A stretch of 64,000 nt of DNA from a virus (Duplodnaviria; Heunggongvirae; Uroviricota; Caudoviricetes), in IMG/VR virus record IMGVR_UViG_3300017971_000191; one strand, given 5' to 3'. The notes beneath the pieces were generated by a model. It saw only the letters and a list, made by a program, of their open reading frames with translations. It was not told the DNA's origin and made no database searches. A program made the position numbers and the translations under genes. How positions within the stretch are numbered: the stretch's first letter is position 1; every line of letters begins with the position of its first letter. This document shows positions 37,423 to 46,403 of the stretch, in pieces.

Positions 37423-38046
37423 TCACGCCGCCCGCCGGTACAATCGACGCTTGCGGACTGCCTCGTAACGGCCACTCGGCTCGACCAGGAGACGGACGAT
37501 TTGGGCCACGTGGGCCGTTTTGAGCTGCTCCCGGGTGTACCACTCCGCCATGGCCGGAAATCTGCGGGGTCCCATTGTGGGCGACTTGGAGAGCCTCCAA
37601 TGATAGTCGTCCAGCTCCAGATAGCTCCCCTTCCGCATCAGGAGGTCGACCAGGAAGAAGGCCAGCCCGTCCACGTCGTAGGTGTGGGCGCCGTCGAGGA
37701 AGACGTAGTCGAATACCGGCGGCTCCGGCTCCTCCAGCAACCGCAGCAGCGACCAGTTGTAGGAGTCTTTCAGCCGGCGAGAGTTCCCGTGGAAATGCCA
37801 GCGATGCTTGTCCTCCAGGCCTGCCCGCTGAACCCTCTCCTTGGCCCGATCGAGCATGTCCTCGAAATCGAACAGGTGGAAGTCGCCACCCGGTTCCATC
37901 GCTTCAGCGACGGCACAAGCCGAACTACCGTAGAGCACCCCGAGTTCTGCGTAGGTGCGGATCTCGGGGTGCTCCCGGACAATCTTCGGGCCGCAGATTC
38001 GCGGGTTGCGAGCATCCCGCGGCGGCTTGAAGGACTGCTCGTCCAT
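37423..38046 (-). CDS. class I SAM-dependent O-methyltransferase (macrocin-O-methyltransferase / CmcI-like fold)
   Basis: The motif FDYVFLDGAHTYDVDG is typical of this family. Confidence 0.5.
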   Translation of the reverse strand: MDEQSFKPPRDARNPRICGPKIVREHPEIRTYAELGVLYGSSACAVAEAMEPGGDFHLFDFEDMLDRAKERVQRAGLEDKHRWHFHGNSRRLKDSYNWSLLRLLEEPEPPVFDYVFLDGAHTYDVDGLAFFLVDLLMRKGSYLELDDYHWRLSKSPTMGPRRFPAMAEWYTREQLKTAHVAQIVRLLVEPSGRYEAVRKRRLYRRAA

Positions 38047-38049
38047 CGG

Positions 38050-40380
38050 CTAAACTTCGCATGCGCCTCCAACGCAAGCACACTGCTGCGCCAGGTCGGT
38101 GTAATCCGAATCCTCGTAGCGGATCAGTTTCCACCACTCGATCTCGGGCATCGCCTTGGCCCGCCGCTCGTACTCGTCCTCGTCGATGGTCTCGTACGGG
38201 GCCAGCGGGTAGATGCCGCCGTCAAACGGCTGGAAGGCCAACCCACCGACGATGTCCCAATTCCCGTAGACCCAGTTGCCGACCTCGAACCACTCGTGGT
38301 CCTTGACGTAGATCGTCACGCTGGGATTATGCTCACACCAGTGGAGCTTGTACTTCTTCCAGTGCTCAAGCTGCTCGATGGCCGTCATCTGGCCCAGCAG
38401 CAACGCCCCTTCCGGCGCCCGGCAGGGGAACTCCAGCACCAGCAGCCCGGCATTGTCGTAGTCGACGTGGCAGGGCACACCCTGGGCGGCGAGCATCTTG
38501 GCCACGGGGTTCGTGTTGTTGGCCCGCACGCGACGGATGTAGAACTGGCCGTGCCAGGCCTTGAAGCCGGGGGCACAGTCGAAGAACACGCTGCTGTCCC
38601 CGGAGGGCTTGCCACAGGTCACGGCGACCGACTCGTTGACACCCAGCCGCTGGGCCCAGGTGCGGTTCGTGTCGATGGCATGCTGCTTCAACTCAGAGAG
38701 CCGCTGAGCCAGATCCGTGGCTCCGGGACGGAGCATCGAATGGTCCAGGTGGCCGAGCATGTCCACGCCCAGCAAGGCCTCTTCCTCGCAGTTCTTCTTC
38801 CACAGCGGATCGACGTAGGAGAAGTCCGTCATCGACGACTGGATGGTGCCCCAAAGGGTGGCCAGCTCGACGCGGCGGAAGATCTCCCGTTCGGAGATGT
38901 CGCCGCGGACGACGGCGATGGAGAGGTTGCAGAACTGCTTGTGACGAAGGTTGATCTCGCCGCAGGGGTTGGTGCCGAAGATCTGACCCTTCATGCTGCG
39001 GCGCTTGGGAAACTGCTTCCTGAGCGCGCCCCGGTTGAAAATGCCTCGCTCCCCGGAACCGCTCTTGGCCAGGGACATCCACTCCTCCATGAACGTCAGG
39101 GCGTCGGGACGCTCGTCGTACACGGCGGAGTTGTTGGCCTGGTTCCGCTGCGGGTTGTGGTTCCAGAACTCCCCGGCCTTGCAGTCGCGCATCAGGTCGT
39201 CGTCCAGGTCGGAGAGGCTGATCCCCGAGGCCCGGCGGACGCCGCCCATCTGCACGATACGGTGGGCGTAGCAGTTGATGTCGTGCAGGTCCAGCGACGA
39301 GAGCCGCTTGCCTTGCACCGAGAGGATGCGGCTGCGGGCGAAAGTCAGCAGGTCCCTTAACGGCTGAGGGCCGCTGGCGCGGCCTCCCTTGGTCTTGAGG
39401 ATCGAGCCTTCGGGCCTGATCTGCGAGAAGTCGTAGACCACGTCGTGGCCGGACAGCCAGTGCTCCAGACCCGTCTTGTAGGCATCGCACCAGCCTTCGG
39501 TCGTATCGGGGATCGCGAACCTCGTCGGCTGGCCCCGCTTCTGCTTACGAACCCGGGGCCAGCGATCCGTAGCGTGAGCCGACTCGACGGAGAAACCCAC
39601 GCCACAACCCTGCATCAGCAGGTAGAGTTCCTCGGCCATGTCCTGCGGATTCTGCAAGAACTGGAACGAGCAGTTGAACACGCCGGTCTGGCAACGCTCC
39701 AGCGCCGGTCCGGCCATCTGCACCAAGCGCATCGCCGGCGAGGCTTCCTGCTTCAACAGGGCGTCCCGCAAGTCGAGCCAGGTGCTGTCGTCGACGGCGT
39801 CCGGTCCGCACCGTCGATGAACATGGTTACGGCTGTAGCAGAGCACCCGGTCGACCGACTCGGGCCACGTCTCCCTCCGCCCCTTCTCCCAATCGAAGCG
39901 GGCGAACTTGTCGAAGGCCTGGAAGACACGAACAGCCTGGTTGGGTCCAGTGAAGTGGGAACACCCCTCCTGGAACGCTTCTTGAATCTTGGGGTCCACG
40001 GGTCGCTCCTCCCTGAGCCGACGATGTTCCTCACGGTAGAGAATGTACTCCTTCGCTTCCTGGTGGTGACCCCTCGCCATGAGCTGCTGCTCGACGAGGT
40101 CCTGGATTGCTTCGACCGTGACGCTCCCGTCCTGGAAGAGCAGGAGCTGTTCCACCTGCTCGGCGACACGATCGGCTTCGTGGTCGGTGTGATCGTTCTG
40201 CGGCCAGTTGCAGGAATTGACCAAACACCGGTAGATCGCCCTGAAGACCTTGTGGCGATCGTAACCCACGACAGACCCATCACGCTTGGTGACGGTTGAG
40301 GGATGGTGCCCGTTGCCTCGGGCGAGAGAGCGGCGCCCATGAGGGACGCGCGCAGACGACGCAGCAACAGCATGTTGCAT
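38050..40380 (-). CDS. ribonucleotide reductase catalytic subunit, probably class II (B12-dependent, monomeric) with an N-terminal ATP-cone
   Basis: NPCGEI active-site motif; an ATP-cone-like VTKRDGSVVGYDRHKVFRAI; no nrdB-like neighbour. The true start is probably an alternative codon downstream of 40380. Confidence 0.6.
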   Translation of the reverse strand: MQHAVAASSARVPHGRRSLARGNGHHPSTVTKRDGSVVGYDRHKVFRAIYRCLVNSCNWPQNDHTDHEADRVAEQVEQLLLFQDGSVTVEAIQDLVEQQLMARGHHQEAKEYILYREEHRRLREERPVDPKIQEAFQEGCSHFTGPNQAVRVFQAFDKFARFDWEKGRRETWPESVDRVLCYSRNHVHRRCGPDAVDDSTWLDLRDALLKQEASPAMRLVQMAGPALERCQTGVFNCSFQFLQNPQDMAEELYLLMQGCGVGFSVESAHATDRWPRVRKQKRGQPTRFAIPDTTEGWCDAYKTGLEHWLSGHDVVYDFSQIRPEGSILKTKGGRASGPQPLRDLLTFARSRILSVQGKRLSSLDLHDINCYAHRIVQMGGVRRASGISLSDLDDDLMRDCKAGEFWNHNPQRNQANNSAVYDERPDALTFMEEWMSLAKSGSGERGIFNRGALRKQFPKRRSMKGQIFGTNPCGEINLRHKQFCNLSIAVVRGDISEREIFRRVELATLWGTIQSSMTDFSYVDPLWKKNCEEEALLGVDMLGHLDHSMLRPGATDLAQRLSELKQHAIDTNRTWAQRLGVNESVAVTCGKPSGDSSVFFDCAPGFKAWHGQFYIRRVRANNTNPVAKMLAAQGVPCHVDYDNAGLLVLEFPCRAPEGALLLGQMTAIEQLEHWKKYKLHWCEHNPSVTIYVKDHEWFEVGNWVYGNWDIVGGLAFQPFDGGIYPLAPYETIDEDEYERRAKAMPEIEWWKLIRYEDSDYTDLAQQCACVGGACEV

Positions 40381-40411
40381 CTTCCGACTCCTGTTCTAGT
40401 TGCACACCGGT

Positions 40412-40882
40412 TTAGCCCGAGACGGACCGGCTCTTCTCACGAATCTCGCCGCTGGCAGGATCGACGAGCAGGGACGCTTCTTCGTCGCCCGGTGGCCAGT
40501 GGAAAATCCTCAACCACAACGGAACGCCGGTGAAAGTCCCCTGGATGGAGAGATTCGGCCCGTCCAAGTCCCCAGTATAATGCACGGGGTTATTCCACAC
40601 AACCCCCTCCACTGAGGAAAATGTAGCCAACATTGTGTCGATGTCCAGGGCGAAACCGGGAAACAGAAAAGAACCGTCCTGTTCCCCGCCGACAACCTCG
40701 TTAGCGGTGGGATACACGGCGATCTGCCAACCCTCGAACTCGTTCTCGGGATGCTCTGGTTCGAGGAACCGATAGCCCAGCGGGCCCATGATGTTGAGCG
40801 GCTCCATGCACTCGATGACGACCTCCATTAAAGCCTTCATCCACTGGGGGTGCTCAACGGTCGCGACTTCGACATCCATGAA
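40412..40882 (-). CDS. hypothetical protein
   Basis: ATG (MDVEVATVEH); the longer N-terminal extension is rejected. Confidence 0.4.
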   Translation of the reverse strand, partial: FMDVEVATVEHPQWMKALMEVVIECMEPLNIMGPLGYRFLEPEHPENEFEGWQIAVYPTANEVVGGEQDGSFLFPGFALDIDTMLATFSSVEGVVWNNPVHYTGDLDGPNLSIQGTFTGVPLWLRIFHWPPGDEEASLLVDPASGEIREKSRSVSG

Positions 40883-40887
40883 ATCTC

Positions 40888-41487
40888 CTAGCTCTCCTTC
40901 AGATAGTACATCACTTCCAAGGCGCCGGGCAACGGCGGTTCCAGATCGGCTGGGATCTGCTTGCGGCCCTTCAACGGTTTGAGGTTTGCACAGTTGCGAA
41001 CGGCCCAGCGTTTGATGACTTTCTTCGCCTCGATCCGAGTCTGAAAATGTTTTGCTACCTCGTCCACGTGCTTCAACTGCACGTGCGCCCGGTGGCATTT
41101 CCAGTCGACCCACTTGAAGGTGTAGCCGAACTTTGCCAGCCGCTTCAAGGCAGCTTCCTCGAAGCTCGGCAGTAAGAGCCACACGCACTGCCGCGAGAAA
41201 GCGAACATCTTCGTCAGCACCTTCTGGGCGGCCTCGATGCTGTTGAGATGCTCAAGGAAGTTCCAGGCCAGATAGACGTCGGCCCGCTCCCAAGAGAAAC
41301 CCATCTGCACGTCGGCGCTGACAAACTGGAAGCCCCGCTTCTCGACCGGCCGACGATACGCCGCCACACGCTCCACCGCCATACACTCTTCAGGCTTGGC
41401 CCGAGGAAGCCCGCGGCTCGGTCCCCGTTTTATCGCCGCCGCCAAGGCACCTGCGTTCTTGGCGCCCAAGTCCACGTACTTGATCAT
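40888..41487 (-). CDS. putative methyltransferase-like protein (FkbM/class I-like)
   Basis: N-terminal IKYVDLGAKNAGALA nucleotide-binding-like motif; weak. Confidence 0.35.
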   Translation of the reverse strand: MIKYVDLGAKNAGALAAAIKRGPSRGLPRAKPEECMAVERVAAYRRPVEKRGFQFVSADVQMGFSWERADVYLAWNFLEHLNSIEAAQKVLTKMFAFSRQCVWLLLPSFEEAALKRLAKFGYTFKWVDWKCHRAHVQLKHVDEVAKHFQTRIEAKKVIKRWAVRNCANLKPLKGRKQIPADLEPPLPGALEVMYYLKES

Positions 41488-42119
41488 TCGTCGGTCTTTC
41501 CTGCCGTCGCACTGGCTTGAATCGAGAGCCCTACGTGGTGCATCGCCGTTGTGGGACAGACGCTCACCAACACTTCTTCCACGTAGAAGCCGTACTTCTG
41601 CATACGATCTCGTACACCGTTGGTCACGTCTTCGTCAACAGTAGCTTCGACAAGATAGTCTCCCAGCTCCGCCAGCGTGTTCTGATTGACCATGTAGCGC
41701 AGCTCGGGGATGGCCTGCGTCTGGACCATCTCGTCCAGGTCGTGGCACTTCAACGAGGCCCGCAACGGAGCCCGGACGTAGCCTACCACGGTGGCGTCGA
41801 CGGTGACGGCCTGGCCGTCCTTGGTCATGGCCGGCTTCTCGACGATGTCCAGCGGGTAGGGCACGACCATCCAGGAGTGAATGTCCGTGAGCTGCGGGAC
41901 GTACCAGTAGAAACCCGCCTTGAACGCCTGCGGTTTGGGGACGGGACCCCGCAGCCAGTAGAACCGACTCCACCACTCTTTCCGCCAGAACATGAAGAAC
42001 GACGTCGTCCTCAGCTTCACGACGCGCTCGATAGGGGTGACCTTGATCGGATGAGGAAACCACTTGGCCAGGTAACGAAGCAGCTCCGACAGCCAACTGA
42101 ACGCGCCTTCAATGGTCAT
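41484..42119 (-). CDS. hypothetical protein
   Basis: 211-aa ORF whose start overlaps the upstream stop. Confidence 0.45.
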   Translation of the reverse strand: MTIEGAFSWLSELLRYLAKWFPHPIKVTPIERVVKLRTTSFFMFWRKEWWSRFYWLRGPVPKPQAFKAGFYWYVPQLTDIHSWMVVPYPLDIVEKPAMTKDGQAVTVDATVVGYVRAPLRASLKCHDLDEMVQTQAIPELRYMVNQNTLAELGDYLVEATVDEDVTNGVRDRMQKYGFYVEEVLVSVCPTTAMHHVGLSIQASATAGKTDE

Positions 42120-42652
42120 CGCTGCGGCCTCCTTTTGTTGAATCTACGCTGCACGCTCTGGATCAACATCTCCCCCGCCTTCGTCAGGCCCTTGCACCTC
42201 TTCCGCTCGTTGCCAAACAACCTTAGGGCATGATACTCACAATGCCACTCACCTTCCGGACGCTTGATCCACACCACGTCACCGTCTTCGTAGATGATTT
42301 CGTCGTCGTCGGGCAGAACGCGATCCGGATCGTAGTAATCCTCGACCGGGTAGGAGTTCATGAACTTGCCGACGCGGACCGTACCGATCATCTGAAAACC
42401 AGGTCCCGTGCGACGATAGACGACATACCACTGGTAGTCGCACAGGGGCTCGATCCTTCCGCCCTCGATCTCCCTGACGAAGTCCCCCTCGGTCCAGGCC
42501 ATGTCGTACTCGAACTCAATCTGGACCATGGGCCGCGCTGCCGGCCGCGGCGGTGCCAGGTGGGGCGTGGGCGCCGGCTTCGGTGCCTTATGCAAAGGCA
42601 TCGGAACGACAGACAACAACATCGCGGCAATCCAGGTGACGTCCATGTTCAC
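42116..42652 (-). CDS. secreted hypothetical protein (signal peptide)
   Basis: MNMDVTWIAAMLLSVVPMPLHKA, followed by a Pro-rich region. Confidence 0.45.
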   Translation of the reverse strand: MNMDVTWIAAMLLSVVPMPLHKAPKPAPTPHLAPPRPAARPMVQIEFEYDMAWTEGDFVREIEGGRIEPLCDYQWYVVYRRTGPGFQMIGTVRVGKFMNSYPVEDYYDPDRVLPDDDEIIYEDGDVVWIKRPEGEWHCEYHALRLFGNERKRCKGLTKAGEMLIQSVQRRFNKRRPQR

Positions 42653-42656
42653 CTCC

Positions 42657-44138
42657 TCACGCCGCCGCTGCCTCCAACTCTTCGACCACGGTCGGAGCCG
42701 AATCCGCCAGGCGACCGGCGGCGTTCACGCCGCGATCGTCCCAGTAGACGTCGGCCAACACCTTGTCGGAAGCATCGTCCGGTTGGTCGGGGTTGTGGTT
42801 GACGAAGTCATACGGGATCTCGTTCTCCTTGAGCCACTTCTTCACCATCCCCGTGTCGCCGCGGACGGTGAAGACGATGACCCGGGCACCGATGCTCTTG
42901 AACTTCGTCAGCCACTTCTTGGCGCCGGGGCGAGGAGGGCCGATCGACTTGGGATCGAAAGGCTCCTCTTTCACCGCAATCGTGCCGTCCAGGTCGACGG
43001 CCACGGTGGGAATGTGTTCGTCGTCGGCCGCGAGCTTCTGGAGAACCTCAAAAGCGGTTTTGAGGAGTTCCTCGTCCGGCGTCTCTGCCGCCTGCCGCTC
43101 CTTCTCCGCCGCGTCGTCCTCCCCCGCCCGCCGCAGCACTTCACTGACCTCGTCGTCGGAGAGGACCTGGCGGATCTTCATGCCGCCGCCGATAAGCCAC
43201 TCACCGCCCTGCATCCTCGGGGCCTTCTTCCGGTAGTGCCCACCCTCCGGCACCTGGTCGCGGACATCGCCGGTCGGGCTCGCATCGGCGACTGCTTGCC
43301 AGTCGACATCGTCGGGCAGCTCGACCTCGGCCCATACCCGGCCGGGCTGAATCCGATCCCGCTTCGACCGCAGATGCGGAGCGGACGGCAGCGCTCCCGC
43401 GTGCCAGCCGGGCCTCGGGGCAAAGCCCTCGGTGGGGATGTTCTCCGCCTCGACCCACTCCTCCCGGGGCACCGGGTTCGTCTTGTCGATGAACAGCGGG
43501 AACAGCTCCCCGGGCCGCGTCGGTAGGGTGCGGAAGAGCTTGTAGGCCTGGACCGTGTCTTCCGCCGCCTTGGCGAAGGCGCCGTCCTCGATGGCCTTTT
43601 TGGTGTTGCCGTACTCCAGCCACCACTTGAGCTGGGGCACGGTTAGCGGGAAGATGCTCCCCAGGCCCTTCCAGCCACGCTCGTAGTTGGCCAGGTAGAC
43701 CTTGCGAGCCTGGGCCTCGGTAGTTGTCCCCAGGACCACCTTGTGCTCGTCGAACTTGCCGCTGCCGGGGTCGACCTGGTTGACGACGAAGACCAGCTCA
43801 CTGTGGCGATCGGGGCCGAGAAAGACGTCCACCTGGTCGCCGTCCTTGCCCTCGCTACGGGAGAAGTACCCGTAGTCGTGCTGCATCTCGATCTCCCAGC
43901 CGTCGCCGGATCGGATGGAGCCCTTGGGGTTCTCGATGACGATGGTGAGCCCCTGCCAGGAATACTTCCCCTTGCGGTAGTTGCCGGCCTCGGCTTGGGC
44001 CTCAGAGGGATTGGTGTCAGTCGCCTGCCTGGCCTCGGTTAGGGTGGCCGCCAGCTTGGTAAGCCCGGCAAACTCTCCCCCCAGCTCCGCCAGAGTCAGG
44101 CCCTTCGGGAGCAACAAATCGGCGACTTTCTCGTTCAT
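42657..44138 (-). CDS. two-domain protein with a C-terminal HAD-superfamily phosphatase domain (VDLDGT motif)
   Basis: ATG (MNEKVADLL) chosen because csrA occupies the opposite strand over the track's N-terminal extension. The DxDGT motif plus downstream Lys and Asp fit HAD motifs I-III. It contains an in-frame palindromic 20-mer. Confidence 0.5.
   Translation of the reverse strand: MNEKVADLLLPKGLTLAELGGEFAGLTKLAATLTEARQATDTNPSEAQAEAGNYRKGKYSWQGLTIVIENPKGSIRSGDGWEIEMQHDYGYFSRSEGKDGDQVDVFLGPDRHSELVFVVNQVDPGSGKFDEHKVVLGTTTEAQARKVYLANYERGWKGLGSIFPLTVPQLKWWLEYGNTKKAIEDGAFAKAAEDTVQAYKLFRTLPTRPGELFPLFIDKTNPVPREEWVEAENIPTEGFAPRPGWHAGALPSAPHLRSKRDRIQPGRVWAEVELPDDVDWQAVADASPTGDVRDQVPEGGHYRKKAPRMQGGEWLIGGGMKIRQVLSDDEVSEVLRRAGEDDAAEKERQAAETPDEELLKTAFEVLQKLAADDEHIPTVAVDLDGTIAVKEEPFDPKSIGPPRPGAKKWLTKFKSIGARVIVFTVRGDTGMVKKWLKENEIPYDFVNHNPDQPDDASDKVLADVYWDDRGVNAAGRLADSAPTVVEELEAAAA
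43047..43066. repeat. palindromic motif CTCAAAAGCGGTTTTGAGGAGT, copy 3, inside the CDS and translated LLKTAFEV
   Basis: The exact 22-mer is shared with the copy at 17386. Confidence 0.6.
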
Positions 44139-44228
44139 TTTCCACCCTTGACGATGTCCCCCATGAGGGATATACTTCTTAGATCGGATGCGGTCGTGAC
44201 CGGAGGCTACTGTAGGAAGGAGTCCATG

Positions 44229-44408
44229 ATGTTGGTTCTTTCGAGGAAGAAGAACGAGAGCATCGTTATCAACGACGACATCACCGTGGTCGTTGTTGAG
44301 ATCCGAGGCGACAAAGTACGCCTTGGCATCGAGGCACCAAAGGAGGTGCCTGTCCACCGACGTGAGGTCTTCGATGCGATCAAGCGCAACGAAGACGTGA
44401 CTACCTAG
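44229..44408 (+). CDS. csrA: carbon storage regulator CsrA/RsmA homolog
   Basis: MLVLSRKKNESIVINDDITVVVVEIRGDKVRLGIEAPKEVPVHRREVF aligns along its length with canonical CsrA ([48 protein letters not shown]). An AAGGAG ribosome-binding site precedes the ATG. It is the only convincing plus-strand gene. Confidence 0.8.
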   Translation: MLVLSRKKNESIVINDDITVVVVEIRGDKVRLGIEAPKEVPVHRREVFDAIKRNEDVTT

Positions 44409-44971
44409 CTCGTCTCTCCCTTGTGACTTTCGTTCCGTCCGAGGACACTTTTCCTCCGTACCGCGACCGTGATATGGAAATCGAATTGGCCGTCCTTGGG
44501 CAACGACGTGAGTCCGTACGAGCGACGAAGCCGTTGGAGATCTGGGGAGTGCACCCTCAGCATCCAACACTTCGACATTTCGGGCCAACCATGAGGCGTG
44601 ACCTCGACCAAACCGCCGAGCCGATAACGGAACCGCTTGCCGCGCTCTGAGATTCGGTCAGGTCCGCCAATCCGGGCAAGCTCCTCCGGTCGCATGACCG
44701 AGATGTGAGCTTCGAGCTGCTCCCCAGGGCCCGAGGGGGGCAGCTCCACGCCCGCTTCGTCCATCGCCGCGAAGACGCCGCGGACCAGGGCATTGGGGAC
44801 ACCGAGCATGATCCAGTCCCCGTTCTCTCCCTGCTTGTGGAAGAGCATGCCGCTGAGCACGTACGCCGGCCTCGGTGGATCTGCCGCCTGCTTGGTGAGC
44901 AGCCGGTAACCCAGCTCGTAGAACCAGCGGACGGCCGGAGACGGCACGTCGGTGACGGAGATCAAGGTCAC
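44405..44971 (-). CDS. 2H phosphoesterase superfamily protein (LigT / 2',3'-cyclic phosphodiesterase-like)
   Basis: Two H-x-T/S-x motifs (AHISVM and FHITVA). A GTG start at 44971 overlaps the upstream stop as GTGA; an ATG at 45073 is the alternative. Confidence 0.55.
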   Translation of the reverse strand: MTLISVTDVPSPAVRWFYELGYRLLTKQAADPPRPAYVLSGMLFHKQGENGDWIMLGVPNALVRGVFAAMDEAGVELPPSGPGEQLEAHISVMRPEELARIGGPDRISERGKRFRYRLGGLVEVTPHGWPEMSKCWMLRVHSPDLQRLRRSYGLTSLPKDGQFDFHITVAVRRKSVLGRNESHKGETS

Positions 44972-45447
44972 GGCGTTACTCCCGACTGGGCCATCGTGTA
45001 GATCAACCAGAAGACCAGGAAGCCGACCCAGGTCAGCAGCACCGGCAGAGCCTGGATGAGGACCTCCCGCCATCCGCGCCTGCCTTCCCCGGCGGCCTCG
45101 TTAAGTGTTCGCAGTTCGTTCTCCGCCACCGTCATCCGCGTGGCAAAGCCCGTGTGGCCGTTGCCCTCGATGACGCGACACAGCCGCTTCACCGTCTCGG
45201 TCAGGGCATCGACCTTCGTGCCCACCAGGCTCCGCTCCGACTCGGCAAGCTGCGTGAGCTTGGTGATAGAGATGTCATGCTGCTGGACAAGCGTCCGCAG
45301 TCCTTCGCAGGTGGCATGAAACGAGTTGCGGTGGCCTTTGCAGTTTTCCGCGATGTAGTCCTTCATTTCATCGCGGAGCTTCACAACGGCGTGCTCGATC
45401 AGCTCTTGAACCTCTGCCTTAGTCACCTCCGGCATCGCAGCCTCCAT
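44968..45447 (-). CDS. coiled-coil protein with a C-terminal transmembrane helix (holin/spanin-like candidate)
   Basis: C-terminal ALPVLLTWVGFLVFWLIYTMA. Confidence 0.4.
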   Translation of the reverse strand: MEAAMPEVTKAEVQELIEHAVVKLRDEMKDYIAENCKGHRNSFHATCEGLRTLVQQHDISITKLTQLAESERSLVGTKVDALTETVKRLCRVIEGNGHTGFATRMTVAENELRTLNEAAGEGRRGWREVLIQALPVLLTWVGFLVFWLIYTMAQSGVTP

Positions 45448-45754
45448 TCTTTTCGGCACCCATTCTAAGCCAGAGCCCCACCAGGCCACTGCACATCAAC
45501 AAGGAGATCATCAGCGCGATGAACTCGGCGGTAGGATCGCCGGTGTGCTGGTGAACCACGCAGTGAACCAGAGTGACCGTTCGACGAATCGCCATCAAGA
45601 AGAAGGCCGTGCTCATCGGCCACCAGCACCAGATCCAGGCGCGGTAGTTGCAGTACCTGGCCAACGAGCGGCGGACGCAGAGGCCCAAGGAGATGATGGC
45701 ATTGGCCCACTGGAGCGTAGTAGACAGGACCAGTGCGAGCAATCCGACATCCAT
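45419..45754 (-). CDS. small multi-pass membrane protein
   Basis: ATG (MDVGLLALVL) with a CAAGGAG ribosome-binding site. Hydrophobic segments. Confidence 0.45.
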   Translation of the reverse strand: MDVGLLALVLSTTLQWANAIISLGLCVRRSLARYCNYRAWIWCWWPMSTAFFLMAIRRTVTLVHCVVHQHTGDPTAEFIALMISLLMCSGLVGLWLRMGAEKNGGCDAGGD

Positions 45755-45989
45755 GTCTCGGACTCCTTGGAGGAGTGACTTCCCGAGATCCCCTACCTCG
45801 GGTCCTCGGTTCCGACTTGCGGCCGGAACAACACGACAGCCGAGCGGGTGTGCTGCCGTCCCGCCTGTCACTCGGCCTTTCCGCCATGTGACGTACCAGG
45901 CCCGACGAAACATCCTAGTTACGCCGGGACACCTAACCTGCCGACACCCGCGGCAAAGTCACTGCATCAAGGATACCGGATACGGAGGC

Positions 45990-46259
45990 TCAACGTCGAG
46001 AGGATTTCGCGACTCTGGCGCCGGTGAACTCCTGGGCCCGATGGAAACGGGCCGGGCAGTCACAACGGGCCGTCAGCTCGGCCAGGGCTTTGCGGACCGA
46101 TTCGTCTGCATGCCCCCAGATCGGGCCCACCTGCCCACCGGACAACTGGCACTCGGCGTACACACATCGTTGCCGCCTGCCGGCGGAGTTCTTCGCCGAG
46201 GTGAAATGGATCGTCGCCTCCGCGGTCTTTCGTTTGCTGGTTCGCTTGCGTCCACGCAT
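45990..46259 (-). CDS. small basic hypothetical protein
   Basis: 89-aa ORF. Confidence 0.35.
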   Translation of the reverse strand: MRGRKRTSKRKTAEATIHFTSAKNSAGRRQRCVYAECQLSGGQVGPIWGHADESVRKALAELTARCDCPARFHRAQEFTGARVAKSSRR

Positions 46260-46403
46260 GGCTGGTCCATGAAAAAAGGCTGGACGAGCGTCCGAACTCG
46301 ACCAGCCCCCGGTGCGCCTCCAACAGGAGACTCTCTTATTGTAAGTGGCATTTGGCGGTAAAGCCAGCCACTCACACGGGTTATCGGCCGGTCCACCGGC
46401 CGG

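Noticed and set aside
44139-44588. N-terminal 150 aa of ORF 42657..44588
   Set aside because: This part lies opposite a bona fide csrA gene on the plus strand and has no ribosome-binding site. The internal ATG (MNEKV) gives a sensible two-domain protein.
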